A stretch of 64,000 nucleotides of DNA from Nanobdellota archaeon (GTDB taxonomy: Archaea > Nanobdellota > Nanobdellia > Woesearchaeales > GW2011-AR4). The translations under genes and the position numbers were made by a program. How positions within the stretch are numbered: position 1 is the first letter of the stretch; each line of letters starts with the position of its first letter. The notes under the pieces were generated by a model that searched no databases, had not been told where the DNA came from, and worked only from the letters and a program-made list of their open reading frames with translations. Below, piece after piece: positions 1 through 9,140 of the stretch. Location: positions 32,001 through 96,000 of the forward strand of contig JBBSWH010000006.1 in NCBI GenBank assembly GCA_038046385.1, written 5' to 3'.

Positions 1-212
1 GGGAAGAAAACGGCAATTACCATTTTCAGACAAAAGGGGATAATTATAAGACTAACCCCTCATCAATCAAAAGCATTTTTCTTGATGAAACTGACATAAG
101 CGAGGAGCAGATTATTGGAACTGCTGCTGCAAGGATTCCTTTGCTTGGATACATCAAGATATGGTTCGTGCAGATTATCGATTCTGCAAGGATTTTGCTT
201 CAAAAAGGTTAA
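1..212 (+). CDS. Signal peptidase I (S26/Sec11-type), 3' part; truncated by window edge
   Basis: Frame from nt 3 reads ...FQTKGDN...IIG....RIPLLGYIK* to TAA at 210-212; TKGDN is the S26 motif. Not in the ORF track. Confidence 0.8.
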   Translation, partial: EENGNYHFQTKGDNYKTNPSSIKSIFLDETDISEEQIIGTAAARIPLLGYIKIWFVQIIDSARILLQKG

Positions 213-244
213 ATTTATATAGAATTGACTCAAGATTTTGTTCT

Positions 245-562
245 ATGTTTTGTCCAAAGTGCGGCTCCATACTGGTGCCAAAGAAGGAAGAGAGCAAAAA
301 GATGTTTGTATGCTCATGCGGCTACAAGACTGCACAGCTGGAAGCACAGACCATAAAAGAGTCTGTTCCGAAGAATGATAAGGGAATAGAGGTAGTTGAC
401 AAAGGCGAACTGCAGACGCTTCCTAAAACAACGGTAGAATGCCCTAAATGCTCGCATAAAACAGCTTATTTCTGGCTTGTACAGACAAGAGCCGGGGATG
501 AGCCTGAAACTAAATTCTTAAAGTGCGAGAAATGCGGCCATACATGGCGCGATTATGACTGA
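245..562 (+). CDS. tfs: Transcription factor S (TFS)
   Basis: MFCPKCGS...CSCGY and C-terminal CPKC...QTRAGDEPETKFLKCEKC Zn ribbon; start probably ATG 245, not 161. Confidence 0.93.
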   Translation: MFCPKCGSILVPKKEESKKMFVCSCGYKTAQLEAQTIKESVPKNDKGIEVVDKGELQTLPKTTVECPKCSHKTAYFWLVQTRAGDEPETKFLKCEKCGHTWRDYD

Positions 563-567
563 AGCGT

Positions 568-1041
568 TTACGCAGCTGGTTCTGGCATAATATAACTAAA
601 AGGGTCTGGCTGATAATCTCGAAGACTCTTTCTAATGTCTCTGACAATCATAGCTTGATTGACCAAATGCCTTAAACCATCAGATCCAATAGGCTTCTGA
701 ACAACCCCCTCTGGTTTTGATGCTCCAAGCGTTTCTTGTATTTTTTTATATTCTTCAGTTGCTTCGTATCCTGTGATGACTACAACCTGTGTTGAAGTAT
801 TTAATTCTTTGATTCTTCTTGTCAATTCTGCTCCATTCATACTTGGCATGTTTAGATCTGTTAAAACCAAATCAAAAGGGACACCTGCAGTTAACCGGGC
901 AGTGTAATTAGTTAAACCATCTTGACCATCTACTGCTGTATCTACATTTGCCCCAAAATTTTTTAATGCAATTGCAAATATTCTTCTAACAATAGCTTCA
1001 TCATCAACTACCAGTATTTCAAGTGGTTTTTGGCTGTCCAT
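568..1041 (-). CDS. Stand-alone response regulator receiver (CheY-like)
   Basis: ILVVDDE, DLVLTDLNMP.MNG, ITG, KP receiver motifs. Confidence 0.9.
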   Translation of the reverse strand: MDSQKPLEILVVDDEAIVRRIFAIALKNFGANVDTAVDGQDGLTNYTARLTAGVPFDLVLTDLNMPSMNGAELTRRIKELNTSTQVVVITGYEATEEYKKIQETLGASKPEGVVQKPIGSDGLRHLVNQAMIVRDIRKSLRDYQPDPFSYIMPEPAA

Positions 1042-1151
1042 GATAAAATAAAAAGTATATTCTTTATAAACCTTTCTATTGTTACTATTTAATAGTGGTT
1101 ATTCATAAGCATCATCTATATTATATATAGTGGCAGCGTAACCATGCATAT

Positions 1152-1385
1152 ATGGATATTAAAGTTAAAAAATTTAAAGTCATTGTATCTGCTAATGCAA
1201 AGTCCAATGAAATCATCAGTTTTGATGAATCTAGGAATGCCTATAAAATTTCAATAAAGGCAAGGGCAGAAGACAACAAGGCAAACATTGAGCTTATGAA
1301 GTTTCTTTCAAAAACTACAAAGAAAAAAGCAAGAATCGTTTCTGGGCTTCGTTCAAGGGAAAAGATTGTAGAGTTGGAAGATTAA
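1152..1385 (+). CDS. DUF167/YggU family protein
   Basis: A.A.DNKAN.EL.KFLS...IVSG.RSR.K motif. Confidence 0.85.
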   Translation: MDIKVKKFKVIVSANAKSNEIISFDESRNAYKISIKARAEDNKANIELMKFLSKTTKKKARIVSGLRSREKIVELED

Positions 1386-1474
1386 GGTGGTAAAATTTTG
1401 ATGGCAAAATTCTTATTAAAACAACAAAGCTTTTAAGGTAGTTTATTGAATTTACATAAAAAAAGAGGGAGATT

Positions 1475-2149
1475 ATGTTCTTTAAGAGAAAAACAACAGA
1501 TTTGGAACTGTTGCCGCCACCGGCACCTGAGGATATTGATAGTTTTGAAGATTTTGATGAGATTGCAGATGAAAGCAGAAATTCTCCTGAAGCAATGAGG
1601 TTTGGTGATATTCTTGATGCGCCAAAAAAGAAGAGGAAGGCTGCAAAGATAAAATCAAAAGGCAAGAAGGAAAAGCCTGCTGAAAAAGAAGATATTAATT
1701 TTGATTCTTTTGAAGACATTAAATTTGATGATATGCCTGGCATTACTGATGATATCTCCACTATTCCGCTTTTGAGCCAGGAGATTCCTTATCCGAATCC
1801 AAAAGAGCTGGATGATGCAAAAAACGAGATAAATGAGGCAATTAAAAAGATAAAGGGAAACGAGAAAAAATCAGTTTTCAGCAGGCTTTTTGGGAAGAAA
1901 AACATAACTCAGGAAATTGTTCCTTATCAGGCGCCTATCCCTGCTGACAATTTATCTGCAGTAAAAACAAAAATTGCAATGATAAGGGAAGCACTTATGA
2001 AATTTGACACTGAAAATGCTAAAATTCTCTATAAAGAAGCGCTTGATGCTTACAACTCAATGAATTCTGAAGATCAGGCAAAAGTGTACAACGACATAAA
2101 AGAGATTTATTTTGAGAGGAAGAGCGCAGAGCAGTTTAAGGGAAAGTAA
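1475..2149 (+). CDS. Hypothetical protein (N-terminal PPP motif, acidic linker, helical C-terminus)
   Basis: 224-aa ORF preceded by GAGG(G)AG SD-like sequence. Confidence 0.75.
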   Translation: MFFKRKTTDLELLPPPAPEDIDSFEDFDEIADESRNSPEAMRFGDILDAPKKKRKAAKIKSKGKKEKPAEKEDINFDSFEDIKFDDMPGITDDISTIPLLSQEIPYPNPKELDDAKNEINEAIKKIKGNEKKSVFSRLFGKKNITQEIVPYQAPIPADNLSAVKTKIAMIREALMKFDTENAKILYKEALDAYNSMNSEDQAKVYNDIKEIYFERKSAEQFKGK

Positions 2150-2225
2150 TTCTTTGATTTTTTTATATGCTGCTAACATAAGCAATATCATAAACTTAAT
2201 AAACAACTTATAGAAAGCAGGATTG

Positions 2226-2852
2226 ATGAAAAGAGGAATTTTTATTGTTGTTGACGGGCTTGACGGCTCCGGAAAAAGCGAGATTGTTAAGATGCTCCAC
2301 AACTATCTGTTCTCCAAAAACAAAAAATACAGGATAATGACCACAAGAGAGCCGACTAACGGCAAGTACGGCGCAAAGATAAGGAAAATGCTCGCAAAGG
2401 AAAAAGACCCGTTCAGCAGCAGCAGGAAGCTAGTGGATATGTTTGTCAAAGACAGGGAAGATCATCTTAAAAGAAATGTTGAGCCGTTTCTCAAGACAAT
2501 AAACGGGCATGAACTGAACATTGCAATATGCGACAGATATTATTATTCTACAATAGCTTTCCAGGGTGCGCAGGGAATGGACATAAAAATGCTCATTAAG
2601 AAAAACAAAAAATTTAGAAAGCCGGATTTGGCAATAATCCTTGATGTTGATCCTTCTGTTGCCCTGAAAAGGATCGAATACAGAAAAAAGGAAAAATTTG
2701 AGCAGCTGGAATTCATGAAAAAAATAAGGAATAATTTTTTGAAAATGCCAAAGATGCTAAAAAAGGACAACATCAAGATAATCAATTCATCAAAAAGCCT
2801 GAAGAATGTTTTTGCTAATGTAAAAAAAGAAGTAAATAATGTTCTGGCTTAA
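2226..2852 (+). CDS. tmk: Thymidylate kinase
   Basis: DGLDGSGKS P-loop, TREP, CDRYYYST.AFQG. Confidence 0.95.
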   Translation: MKRGIFIVVDGLDGSGKSEIVKMLHNYLFSKNKKYRIMTTREPTNGKYGAKIRKMLAKEKDPFSSSRKLVDMFVKDREDHLKRNVEPFLKTINGHELNIAICDRYYYSTIAFQGAQGMDIKMLIKKNKKFRKPDLAIILDVDPSVALKRIEYRKKEKFEQLEFMKKIRNNFLKMPKMLKKDNIKIINSSKSLKNVFANVKKEVNNVLA

Positions 2853-3223
2853 GGGTTTTTAGGAGCCTGCCTTTGATAATATTCTTTTTCTTTGTGCTCT
2901 ATTGGCTCTTCCTTGTGCTCAACATGATGCACAATGACTTCCTCTTTCTTCGGCATTATTCTTTCCCATCTTAAAATCAAAGTTACAACGATTAATGCTA
3001 CTGCCATTATAATTGAAGGCCAAAAAAGGCTATACTGCACAACTGTTTTTTGAATGTTAGGGTATGGATGGCATGCAAAATCCGAGCCGCAGTAGGATTC
3101 TGAAGAGCATTCCTTGTTGGAGTTGCATTCGCGGTTGCTTATGCTGACAAACCACCATGCTGCAAAGAAGATTATTATTGCTATAAGGATGAATGGTATT
3201 CCGCTTGCTTTTTTATTCTTCAT
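2849..3223 (-). CDS. Hypothetical membrane protein with Cys-rich loop
   Basis: Two hydrophobic segments flanking EC.SNKEC....YCG.DF.CH. Confidence 0.7.
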   Translation of the reverse strand: MKNKKASGIPFILIAIIIFFAAWWFVSISNRECNSNKECSSESYCGSDFACHPYPNIQKTVVQYSLFWPSIIMAVALIVVTLILRWERIMPKKEEVIVHHVEHKEEPIEHKEKEYYQRQAPKNP

Positions 3224-3287
3224 AGCGGAAGTAAAATATGGGTCTTTTTAAACTTTTCTTAGTTAACTACTAAAGGGTAGATAAGAA

Positions 3288-3395
3288 CTAGTCTATGACT
3301 TCTTCCAGCTTCTCCTGTTCAGGAAAATCTGCAAGTTTTGTGTTTTTCTGGACTGTCTTGAATTTTATCGGCCTGCTTGTATCATTGTTCATCAT
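3288..3395 (-). CDS. Putative small protein (35 aa, MMNNDTSRPIKFKTVQKNTKLADFPEQEKLEEVID)
   Basis: GAGGTG SD overlapping the dut stop codon; below the ORF-track cutoff. Confidence 0.5.
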   Translation of the reverse strand: MMNNDTSRPIKFKTVQKNTKLADFPEQEKLEEVID

Positions 3396-3401
3396 TCCAC
3401 C

Positions 3402-3833
3402 TCAATTTTGACCCGTGCTTCCAAAGCCGTTTTCATTTCTGGTTGTTTCGCCCAAGTCTTCTGTCTCTTCAAAAACAGCTTCCTCAACTTTTGCGAAAAC
3501 CATCTGCCCTATCTTATTGCCCTTTTCAATCTTGTAAGGCTTGTCGCTAAGATTAATCATTGGGACCTTTATCTCTCCCCTGTAGCATGAATCGATAGTT
3601 CCGACAGAGTTTGCGTGGCTTATGCCGTGATTGATTGCCAAGCCGCTTTTTGGCCTTACCTGCGCTTCGTATCCGTGTGGGATTGCAATTTTAATGCCAG
3701 TCCCTATCAGTTTTCTTTCCATCGGCTTCAGAACATATTCTTCTGTTGAGTACAAATCAACGCCCGAATCGCCTTTGTGGGCATAAGAAGGAAGTTTCGC
3801 ATCACCAATTCTTTTTATTTTTATTTTAAGCAT
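3402..3833 (-). CDS. dut: dUTP diphosphatase (trimeric dUTPase)
   Basis: GDSGVDL, RPKSGLA, GTIDSCYRGE, R..NGFGSTG. Confidence 0.96.
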   Translation of the reverse strand: MLKIKIKRIGDAKLPSYAHKGDSGVDLYSTEEYVLKPMERKLIGTGIKIAIPHGYEAQVRPKSGLAINHGISHANSVGTIDSCYRGEIKVPMINLSDKPYKIEKGNKIGQMVFAKVEEAVFEETEDLGETTRNENGFGSTGQN

Positions 3834-3933
3834 AAACCCTCTGAAAGAAATTAGTTTTTTAGCGGCAAGCTTATATTTAAACTATTCGCAATTAAAACAT
3901 ATAGCATTGGGAATATAGTTTTGAAAATGTTAG

Positions 3934-4049
3934 CGAGTTTTGCCATCACTAGGTGAGCATTATATTGCTGAACATATAACAAAAAGGAAATTGCAATGGG
4001 AATTTTTGTAATTAATTAGAACATTCAATGCGAACGATGGCAAAACTCG
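3934..4049. repeat. Dispersed fold-back element, copy A (inverted relative to B-D)
   Basis: 14-bp terminal IR CGAGTTTTGCCATC/GATGGCAAAACTCG; internal motifs shared with copies at 36963, 46536, 63075. Confidence 0.9.
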
Positions 4050-4059
4050 TATTTTTTGC

Positions 4060-4560
4060 TTATTCTTTCCTGAAAGAAAATATTGATGAATGGTTATGGT
4101 CAAGAATCTTGCCAGTTGAAGCGTCTATCTTCATGTTCAGTGTGTTGAAAGCCTGTGTGATGTATGTTAGGTTCCAGATATTGCCATGCGGCTTGATATT
4201 CTGCAGGATGGCTATTGTCTTTATTGGCATTTCTTTTGGGTAATTCAGCTGCTGGAACTCTTTTGCTTTTTCAAGCGCTTCTTCTATAGTAACTTTTATT
4301 TTTTTTATATCTACTTCGCTTATTGCTTTCTCATCTTTCTTGAATACTTCGTCTTCCTGCCTCGTTTGAGTTTCTCCATTTACCATGAATGTTGTTATCT
4401 TGTCGTTCTTTTTGTTATAAAAGCCAAGGTGCCATTCATTGTCCGGCATTTCCTGCGGTATTTTGAAAGCGTGAGAGAAATAAACGTGGCTGTTGCTTTT
4501 TTTCCATTTCTTGAAGTCCTTTGACTCTTCCAGTTTCTGCAAAGCGTGCTTGAAGTCCAT
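4060..4560 (-). CDS. Hypothetical protein (PepSY-like C-terminus)
   Basis: 166 aa; ...IWNLTY...KIDASTGKIL resembles a PepSY end. Confidence 0.7.
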   Translation of the reverse strand: MDFKHALQKLEESKDFKKWKKSNSHVYFSHAFKIPQEMPDNEWHLGFYNKKNDKITTFMVNGETQTRQEDEVFKKDEKAISEVDIKKIKVTIEEALEKAKEFQQLNYPKEMPIKTIAILQNIKPHGNIWNLTYITQAFNTLNMKIDASTGKILDHNHSSIFSFRKE

Positions 4561-4718
4561 TGCGATGGATGAAAACTTAAAATTTATATAGGTTTGGGTA
4601 TTTGCATAGGCTGTTGGGTATATGGTGGCTGTTTAATTTCCGTGCCTTCGGCACAATAATTAGGCTCGCCGCATTGCTCTCAAATTTATTTTAATATCAA
4701 AAAAAACTTACAAACAAA

Positions 4719-5666
4719 ATGGTAACTGCAGATGTTCAAGTAATGCTGAAAAAGCAGGAATACGGGTCTGTTGGTAAGCATTCGCGCGTCAAGACATGCC
4801 ACTGGACAAGAAGCGAGCTGAACGGGCAGGGCGGCTGCTACAAGAATAAGTTTTATGGCATTAATTCTCATCAGTGCATCCAGATGACACCGACTTACAT
4901 CTGCAACAACGCATGCGTGTTCTGCTGGCGCGATTTAAGGTATCATACAGAGAATGCCATGCAGGATGGAATTGATGATCCAATAGATATTGTTGAAGGC
5001 ACTATTGAAATGCAAAGGAAGATGCTTTCTGGTTTTGGAGGAAATGTTAACACCTCAAAAGAAAAGCTTAAGGAAGCAATGGCGCCGAAGCACGTTGCAA
5101 TATCGCTTGATGGAGAGCCTACACTTTATCCAAAACTGCCTGAACTAATTAGGGAATATAGAATAAAGGGGTTTTCAACATTTGTTGTAAGCAACGGGCT
5201 TATGCCGGAAAGGATTCAAAAATTAATTGATGAGCCGCCAACACAGATGTATATTTCTGTTGATGCTCCGAATGAAGAATTATTTAACATAATTGACAGG
5301 CCAATAATAAAAAATGCGTGGCATAGACTGGTGGAAACTTTAAGCATGCTTCCTCAGATGAAGGAAAAATCAAGAACGGTTTTAAGATTTACTTTAATCA
5401 AGGGAATGAATATGGTTAATCCTTCGCAATGGGGAGAGATAATAAAACTAAGCAATCCGATGTTTGTCGAAGTCAAAGCTTACATGTGGATTGGAATGTC
5501 TAGAGAAAGATTGGAGCAGGAGAATATGCCATTGCATCATGAAGTCAAGGCGTTTGCTTCAGAGATTGCTTTGCATTCAGGCTATAAAGTAATAGACGAA
5601 CACGAGCCTTCAAGAGTAGTTTTATTGATGAAAGAAGATTTTAATGGAAGAGTTATGGAGTTTTGA
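4719..5666 (+). CDS. taw1: tRNA 4-demethylwyosine synthase (radical SAM)
   Basis: HS.VKTCHWT, CYK.KFYGI.SHQC.QMTP, CNNACVFCWR, ISLDGEPT, EVKAY. Confidence 0.95.
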   Translation: MVTADVQVMLKKQEYGSVGKHSRVKTCHWTRSELNGQGGCYKNKFYGINSHQCIQMTPTYICNNACVFCWRDLRYHTENAMQDGIDDPIDIVEGTIEMQRKMLSGFGGNVNTSKEKLKEAMAPKHVAISLDGEPTLYPKLPELIREYRIKGFSTFVVSNGLMPERIQKLIDEPPTQMYISVDAPNEELFNIIDRPIIKNAWHRLVETLSMLPQMKEKSRTVLRFTLIKGMNMVNPSQWGEIIKLSNPMFVEVKAYMWIGMSRERLEQENMPLHHEVKAFASEIALHSGYKVIDEHEPSRVVLLMKEDFNGRVMEF

Positions 5667-5689
5667 ATAAAAATTTGGAAGATTAATTT

Positions 5690-6450
5690 ATGCTAAATAA
5701 TAAAAAATACAAAATTGGAGTCATTACACCTTATCATTTAGAGAGTAATGATGTTCTAAATCAATGTCATGAAAGTGTCCTCAGGCAAACTTATCCTTGC
5801 CAGCATATTTTGGTGGCTGATGGTCATCCCAACAATATTATTGATTCTTGGGACGCTTCCCATATTATTTTACCTGTTCAACATTCTGATAATGGGGATA
5901 CTCCAAGAACAATTGGTTCGATATGTGCAGCTAATGAAGGGTACGATGCAATCGCTTATTTGGATGCCGACAATTGGTTTTATCCAGAACATATTGAATC
6001 AATGGTCAGTCTTTATGAAAAAACAACTGCCGATGTTTGTACGTCAAGAAGGTCAATTCATAGATTAGATGGATCTTTAATGTTTATTGATGGGGAAAGT
6101 GATGGTGATAAATTTTCAGATACTAGCTGTATTTTTTTAACAAAAAATGCTTTTACACTTTCTTTGATATGGGCTTTTATTCCAAATGAAATAAGCCCAT
6201 TTTGCGATAGATTTTTTTAGAAGTCTATGAAATCTAGTGATTTATTGTTTGCGCACAGTCAAAAGGTATCGGTAGGTTTTAGAACTAAATACAAATCACA
6301 CTATGACTCTATAAATGAAACGCCCCCCCCCAATCGGTCCCTCTTCAAAAATCGCTAGAAAAAGCTACAAATTGGTGGAACTCACTATCTCCAGAAAAAA
6401 GACAAAATATATTAAGGTTAATAAATCAAAAAATTGAAAATAAATATTAG
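5690..6450 (+). pseudogene. Glycosyltransferase family 2, interrupted by an in-frame TAG (6218-6220) and a frameshift at C9 (6323-6331)
   Basis: SVLRQTY, VADG, YLDADNW GT2 motifs; protein-like reading continues after TAG and, in a shifted frame, to TAG at 6448-6450. Confidence 0.7.
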
Positions 6451-6509
6451 ATTATTTATTATATTAAAATATTGAGAGAGAATAACATATTTTTCAGAAA
6501 ATTAATAGA

Positions 6510-7112
6510 TTAGATAATAAAAATCTTTCCGTAAGGCCCAGGATTAATCACTTTCGTCTTCTTTATCGTGTCTTCTTTGCCGAAGTTTTCGTGCAGGTGG
6601 CCGCAAAATAAGTAATCGACTCTGTTTTTCTCTACGAAGTTTCTTATTGACTTGTTGCCGCAGTAATCATTGCCAATTTTGTCGGTGTTTGTCTTGTAAG
6701 GAGGCGCGTGCGTAAGAAGGATTACTTTTTTGTCAGGATTTTCTGTTATTAGCTTGGTGAATTTTGGTGAAAATTTCTCAAACCCCTTGTCAACCAATGA
6801 AAATCCGCCGCCTCCAAAGCCGAGGAACAAAACATTGCCTTCGACATAATGGTTTTTGTGTATAAAAATAAGGTTCTTAAAATGTTTTGAGTGCTTTGCA
6901 AATGAATCCTCATCTTCATGGTTGCCGTTGATGATGACTATTTTTTTTCCAAGCTGATTCATCTTTCTCATTATCTTAACCAAACCACGCTCAAAAATAG
7001 AAATATCCCCTGTGCAGACTAGAATGTCCGGCTTTTTCATTTTTATTTTCTGCTCTATTTTCTTCAAAGCGGAAAATGAATCATGTATGTCTGTAAAGGC
7101 GAGTATTTTCAT
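6510..7112 (-). CDS. Calcineurin-like metallophosphoesterase
   Basis: TDIH, TGD, GNHE, THAPP, CGHLHE, NPG. Confidence 0.92.
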   Translation of the reverse strand: MKILAFTDIHDSFSALKKIEQKIKMKKPDILVCTGDISIFERGLVKIMRKMNQLGKKIVIINGNHEDEDSFAKHSKHFKNLIFIHKNHYVEGNVLFLGFGGGGFSLVDKGFEKFSPKFTKLITENPDKKVILLTHAPPYKTNTDKIGNDYCGNKSIRNFVEKNRVDYLFCGHLHENFGKEDTIKKTKVINPGPYGKIFII

Positions 7113-7240
7113 AATAGAGGATAATTAGAATTGATATTTAAATGTGTATTAAAATAGCAACTCCATAATAAGCTCATGACCAAAAGATTTAAATATAAGA
7201 TAAATCTTATCTATCTTATTAATAAGACAGTGAGGTAAAA

Positions 7241-7501
7241 ATGGAAAACATGGTTGAAATGGGAAAAATAAGCTCAAGAGGGCAGATAGCAATACCTGCA
7301 GATATTAGAGAGCATCTGGGATTAGAAGAAGGGACAAAAGTCTTGTTCTTTACAGACCAAGACACTTTAATGATGAAAAAGGTTACAGAACAGAGTTTTG
7401 CGCAGATAACTAAGCCGTTAAAATTGGCTGCGAAGCAGGCTGGGATGAAAGAAAGTGATGTTTCGGGGATTATTAGCAGGTTCAGGAAGAAAAAAATATG
7501 A
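7241..7501 (+). CDS. AbrB/MazE-type antitoxin
   Basis: KISSRGQIAIPADIREHLGL.EG; 4-bp overlap with the PIN gene. Confidence 0.9.
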   Translation: MENMVEMGKISSRGQIAIPADIREHLGLEEGTKVLFFTDQDTLMMKKVTEQSFAQITKPLKLAAKQAGMKESDVSGIISRFRKKKI

Positions 7502-7911
7502 AAATTACTGTTGACACAAATATACTAATATCAGCTACTTTTTGGCACGGGGCTTCTGATAGAATAATATCAAAAGTTGAAACAAAAGAGATACAGCTTA
7601 TCCTGTCAGAAGATATTATTAAAGAGTATGCTAAAGTGCTGAATTATGAGGAAATAAAGAATAAAATTAAAGATAAAAACTTAATAATGAAGCATACCCT
7701 TAGCAAAATAATCTCAATATCTGCCATTATTGAGCCAAAAATTAAATTACACGTAATAAAAGACGACCCTGATGATAATAAAATATTGGAATGCGCAGTG
7801 GCTGGAAATGTCAGTTGCATTGTCAGCAATGATAAACATCTTTTGAAGCTAAAGACATTCAGGAATATTCCAATACTAACTCCAAACGAGTTTGCAGGAA
7901 AATATCTATAG
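7498..7911 (+). CDS. PIN-domain toxin (VapC-like)
   Basis: VDTNILISA, DPDDNKILECA, IVSNDKHLL. Confidence 0.92.
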   Translation: MKITVDTNILISATFWHGASDRIISKVETKEIQLILSEDIIKEYAKVLNYEEIKNKIKDKNLIMKHTLSKIISISAIIEPKIKLHVIKDDPDDNKILECAVAGNVSCIVSNDKHLLKLKTFRNIPILTPNEFAGKYL

Positions 7912-7969
7912 GCAGTTGTTCCTTTGCATAATAACAAAAAGAAAACTCACTTAATTTAACAACATTCTA

Positions 7970-9100
7970 TCAAAGACTATAATAATCCTCAAGAACTACC
8001 TTGTCAACATCGTCTGTGTTGCGGACAGCGTATAGCTTGCCTTCTCCGATTTCAACAAGCTTCTCAGCCAATTCCCGTCCTTTTGCATCCAGATTAATCC
8101 CGATAACAGATATAGTTATTCCTTTGCTTCTTGCCATTGATGCTTCCTCAAGAGTTGCTTTAAACGGCTCGTTGCCTTTTGTCGGCAGAGCGTCCGTTAA
8201 AAGTATCAAATGTTTTGTTATGTTGTCCGATGGAAACAGTTCAATTGCCTTCTTTAATGTTGAAACAATGTCTGTTTCGGTTGAAGCTTTTATTTTAGTT
8301 ATTTCCTTCAACAAAAGTGTAAAATCAAGCGTGGGCTCTATTGCTTCCTTTACTTCCTGCCCGAACACAATTAATCCGACTTTATCCCTATCATTTATTG
8401 CCTTGTAAGCGAGCGCAATGCCTGCTTTCTTGCAAGCGTCTATCTTCTTGCCTTTCATGGAACCTGATGCATCAAGAGCATAAACAATGTAAGTTTGCCC
8501 TTTGCTTTGGCGTTCAAAAACTTCAAGATCTTTCTCGCTTAATTCACTATGGCCGCGCCTTATGGCTAATTTAACAGATTTTTTTATTGAAATGTCCCTA
8601 TACCTATCTCCTTTTTTGTAAGGCTTGGAGTTTTCTTTTTCTCCATAAGCAAATTTTTTCTTACTTTGCTTCTCTCCAATGTAGCCTTTTGGAACAATCT
8701 TGTCAAGCTCTTCAAAATAAAGAACAAGTGAAGCTAATTCAATTCCCTTTTCAGTAATTGAGTTGTCTTTCTGCAAAAAATCATCGTTTTTAAGCTCGTC
8801 AATTTTCTTCTGTATTTTTTCTTTTAATTCTTTCTTGAATTCCGGTATGCCGATGTTCTTCTTTACATAATCCGGCTCGTATCCGGAAATAAGCCTTATG
8901 ATTGACTCCCCATATATCTGCTTTGCAAGGCTGTAGTTTTGTACAAGCTGCTCAAACATTAAATCAGGAGTAAATGCGGACATGCCCTGGCTGATAGCCT
9001 CGCTTATTAATTTCCCATTATCGATAACTTTTTTGTCATTTTCCATGACAGAATGCATAAACTTGTCCTCAAGCTGCTGGAATTGCAGCTTTCCTTCCAT
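7970..9100 (-). CDS. VWA domain protein (ChlD-like partner of AAA ATPase)
   Basis: MIDAS DASGSM, T, LLTDALPT. Confidence 0.88.
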   Translation of the reverse strand: MEGKLQFQQLEDKFMHSVMENDKKVIDNGKLISEAISQGMSAFTPDLMFEQLVQNYSLAKQIYGESIIRLISGYEPDYVKKNIGIPEFKKELKEKIQKKIDELKNDDFLQKDNSITEKGIELASLVLYFEELDKIVPKGYIGEKQSKKKFAYGEKENSKPYKKGDRYRDISIKKSVKLAIRRGHSELSEKDLEVFERQSKGQTYIVYALDASGSMKGKKIDACKKAGIALAYKAINDRDKVGLIVFGQEVKEAIEPTLDFTLLLKEITKIKASTETDIVSTLKKAIELFPSDNITKHLILLTDALPTKGNEPFKATLEEASMARSKGITISVIGINLDAKGRELAEKLVEIGEGKLYAVRNTDDVDKVVLEDYYSL

Positions 9101-9140
9101 CTCTTCTCCTTTAGAAATTTCTTTTAGAGAGATATCTTCG

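Noticed and set aside
568-1041. Complete two-component system
   Set aside because: Only a lone receiver domain; no kinase in the window
3934-4049. Fold-back elements as simple terminators or as integron attC sites
   Set aside because: One copy lies between divergent promoters, orientation is inconsistent, there are no GTTRRRY/RYYYAAC ends, no cassette array and no integrase
6218-6220. Amber recoding (pyrrolysine or alternative genetic code)
   Set aside because: TAG ends several intact genes here (e.g. 7911, 22310, 25263), and the same gene has a second lesion
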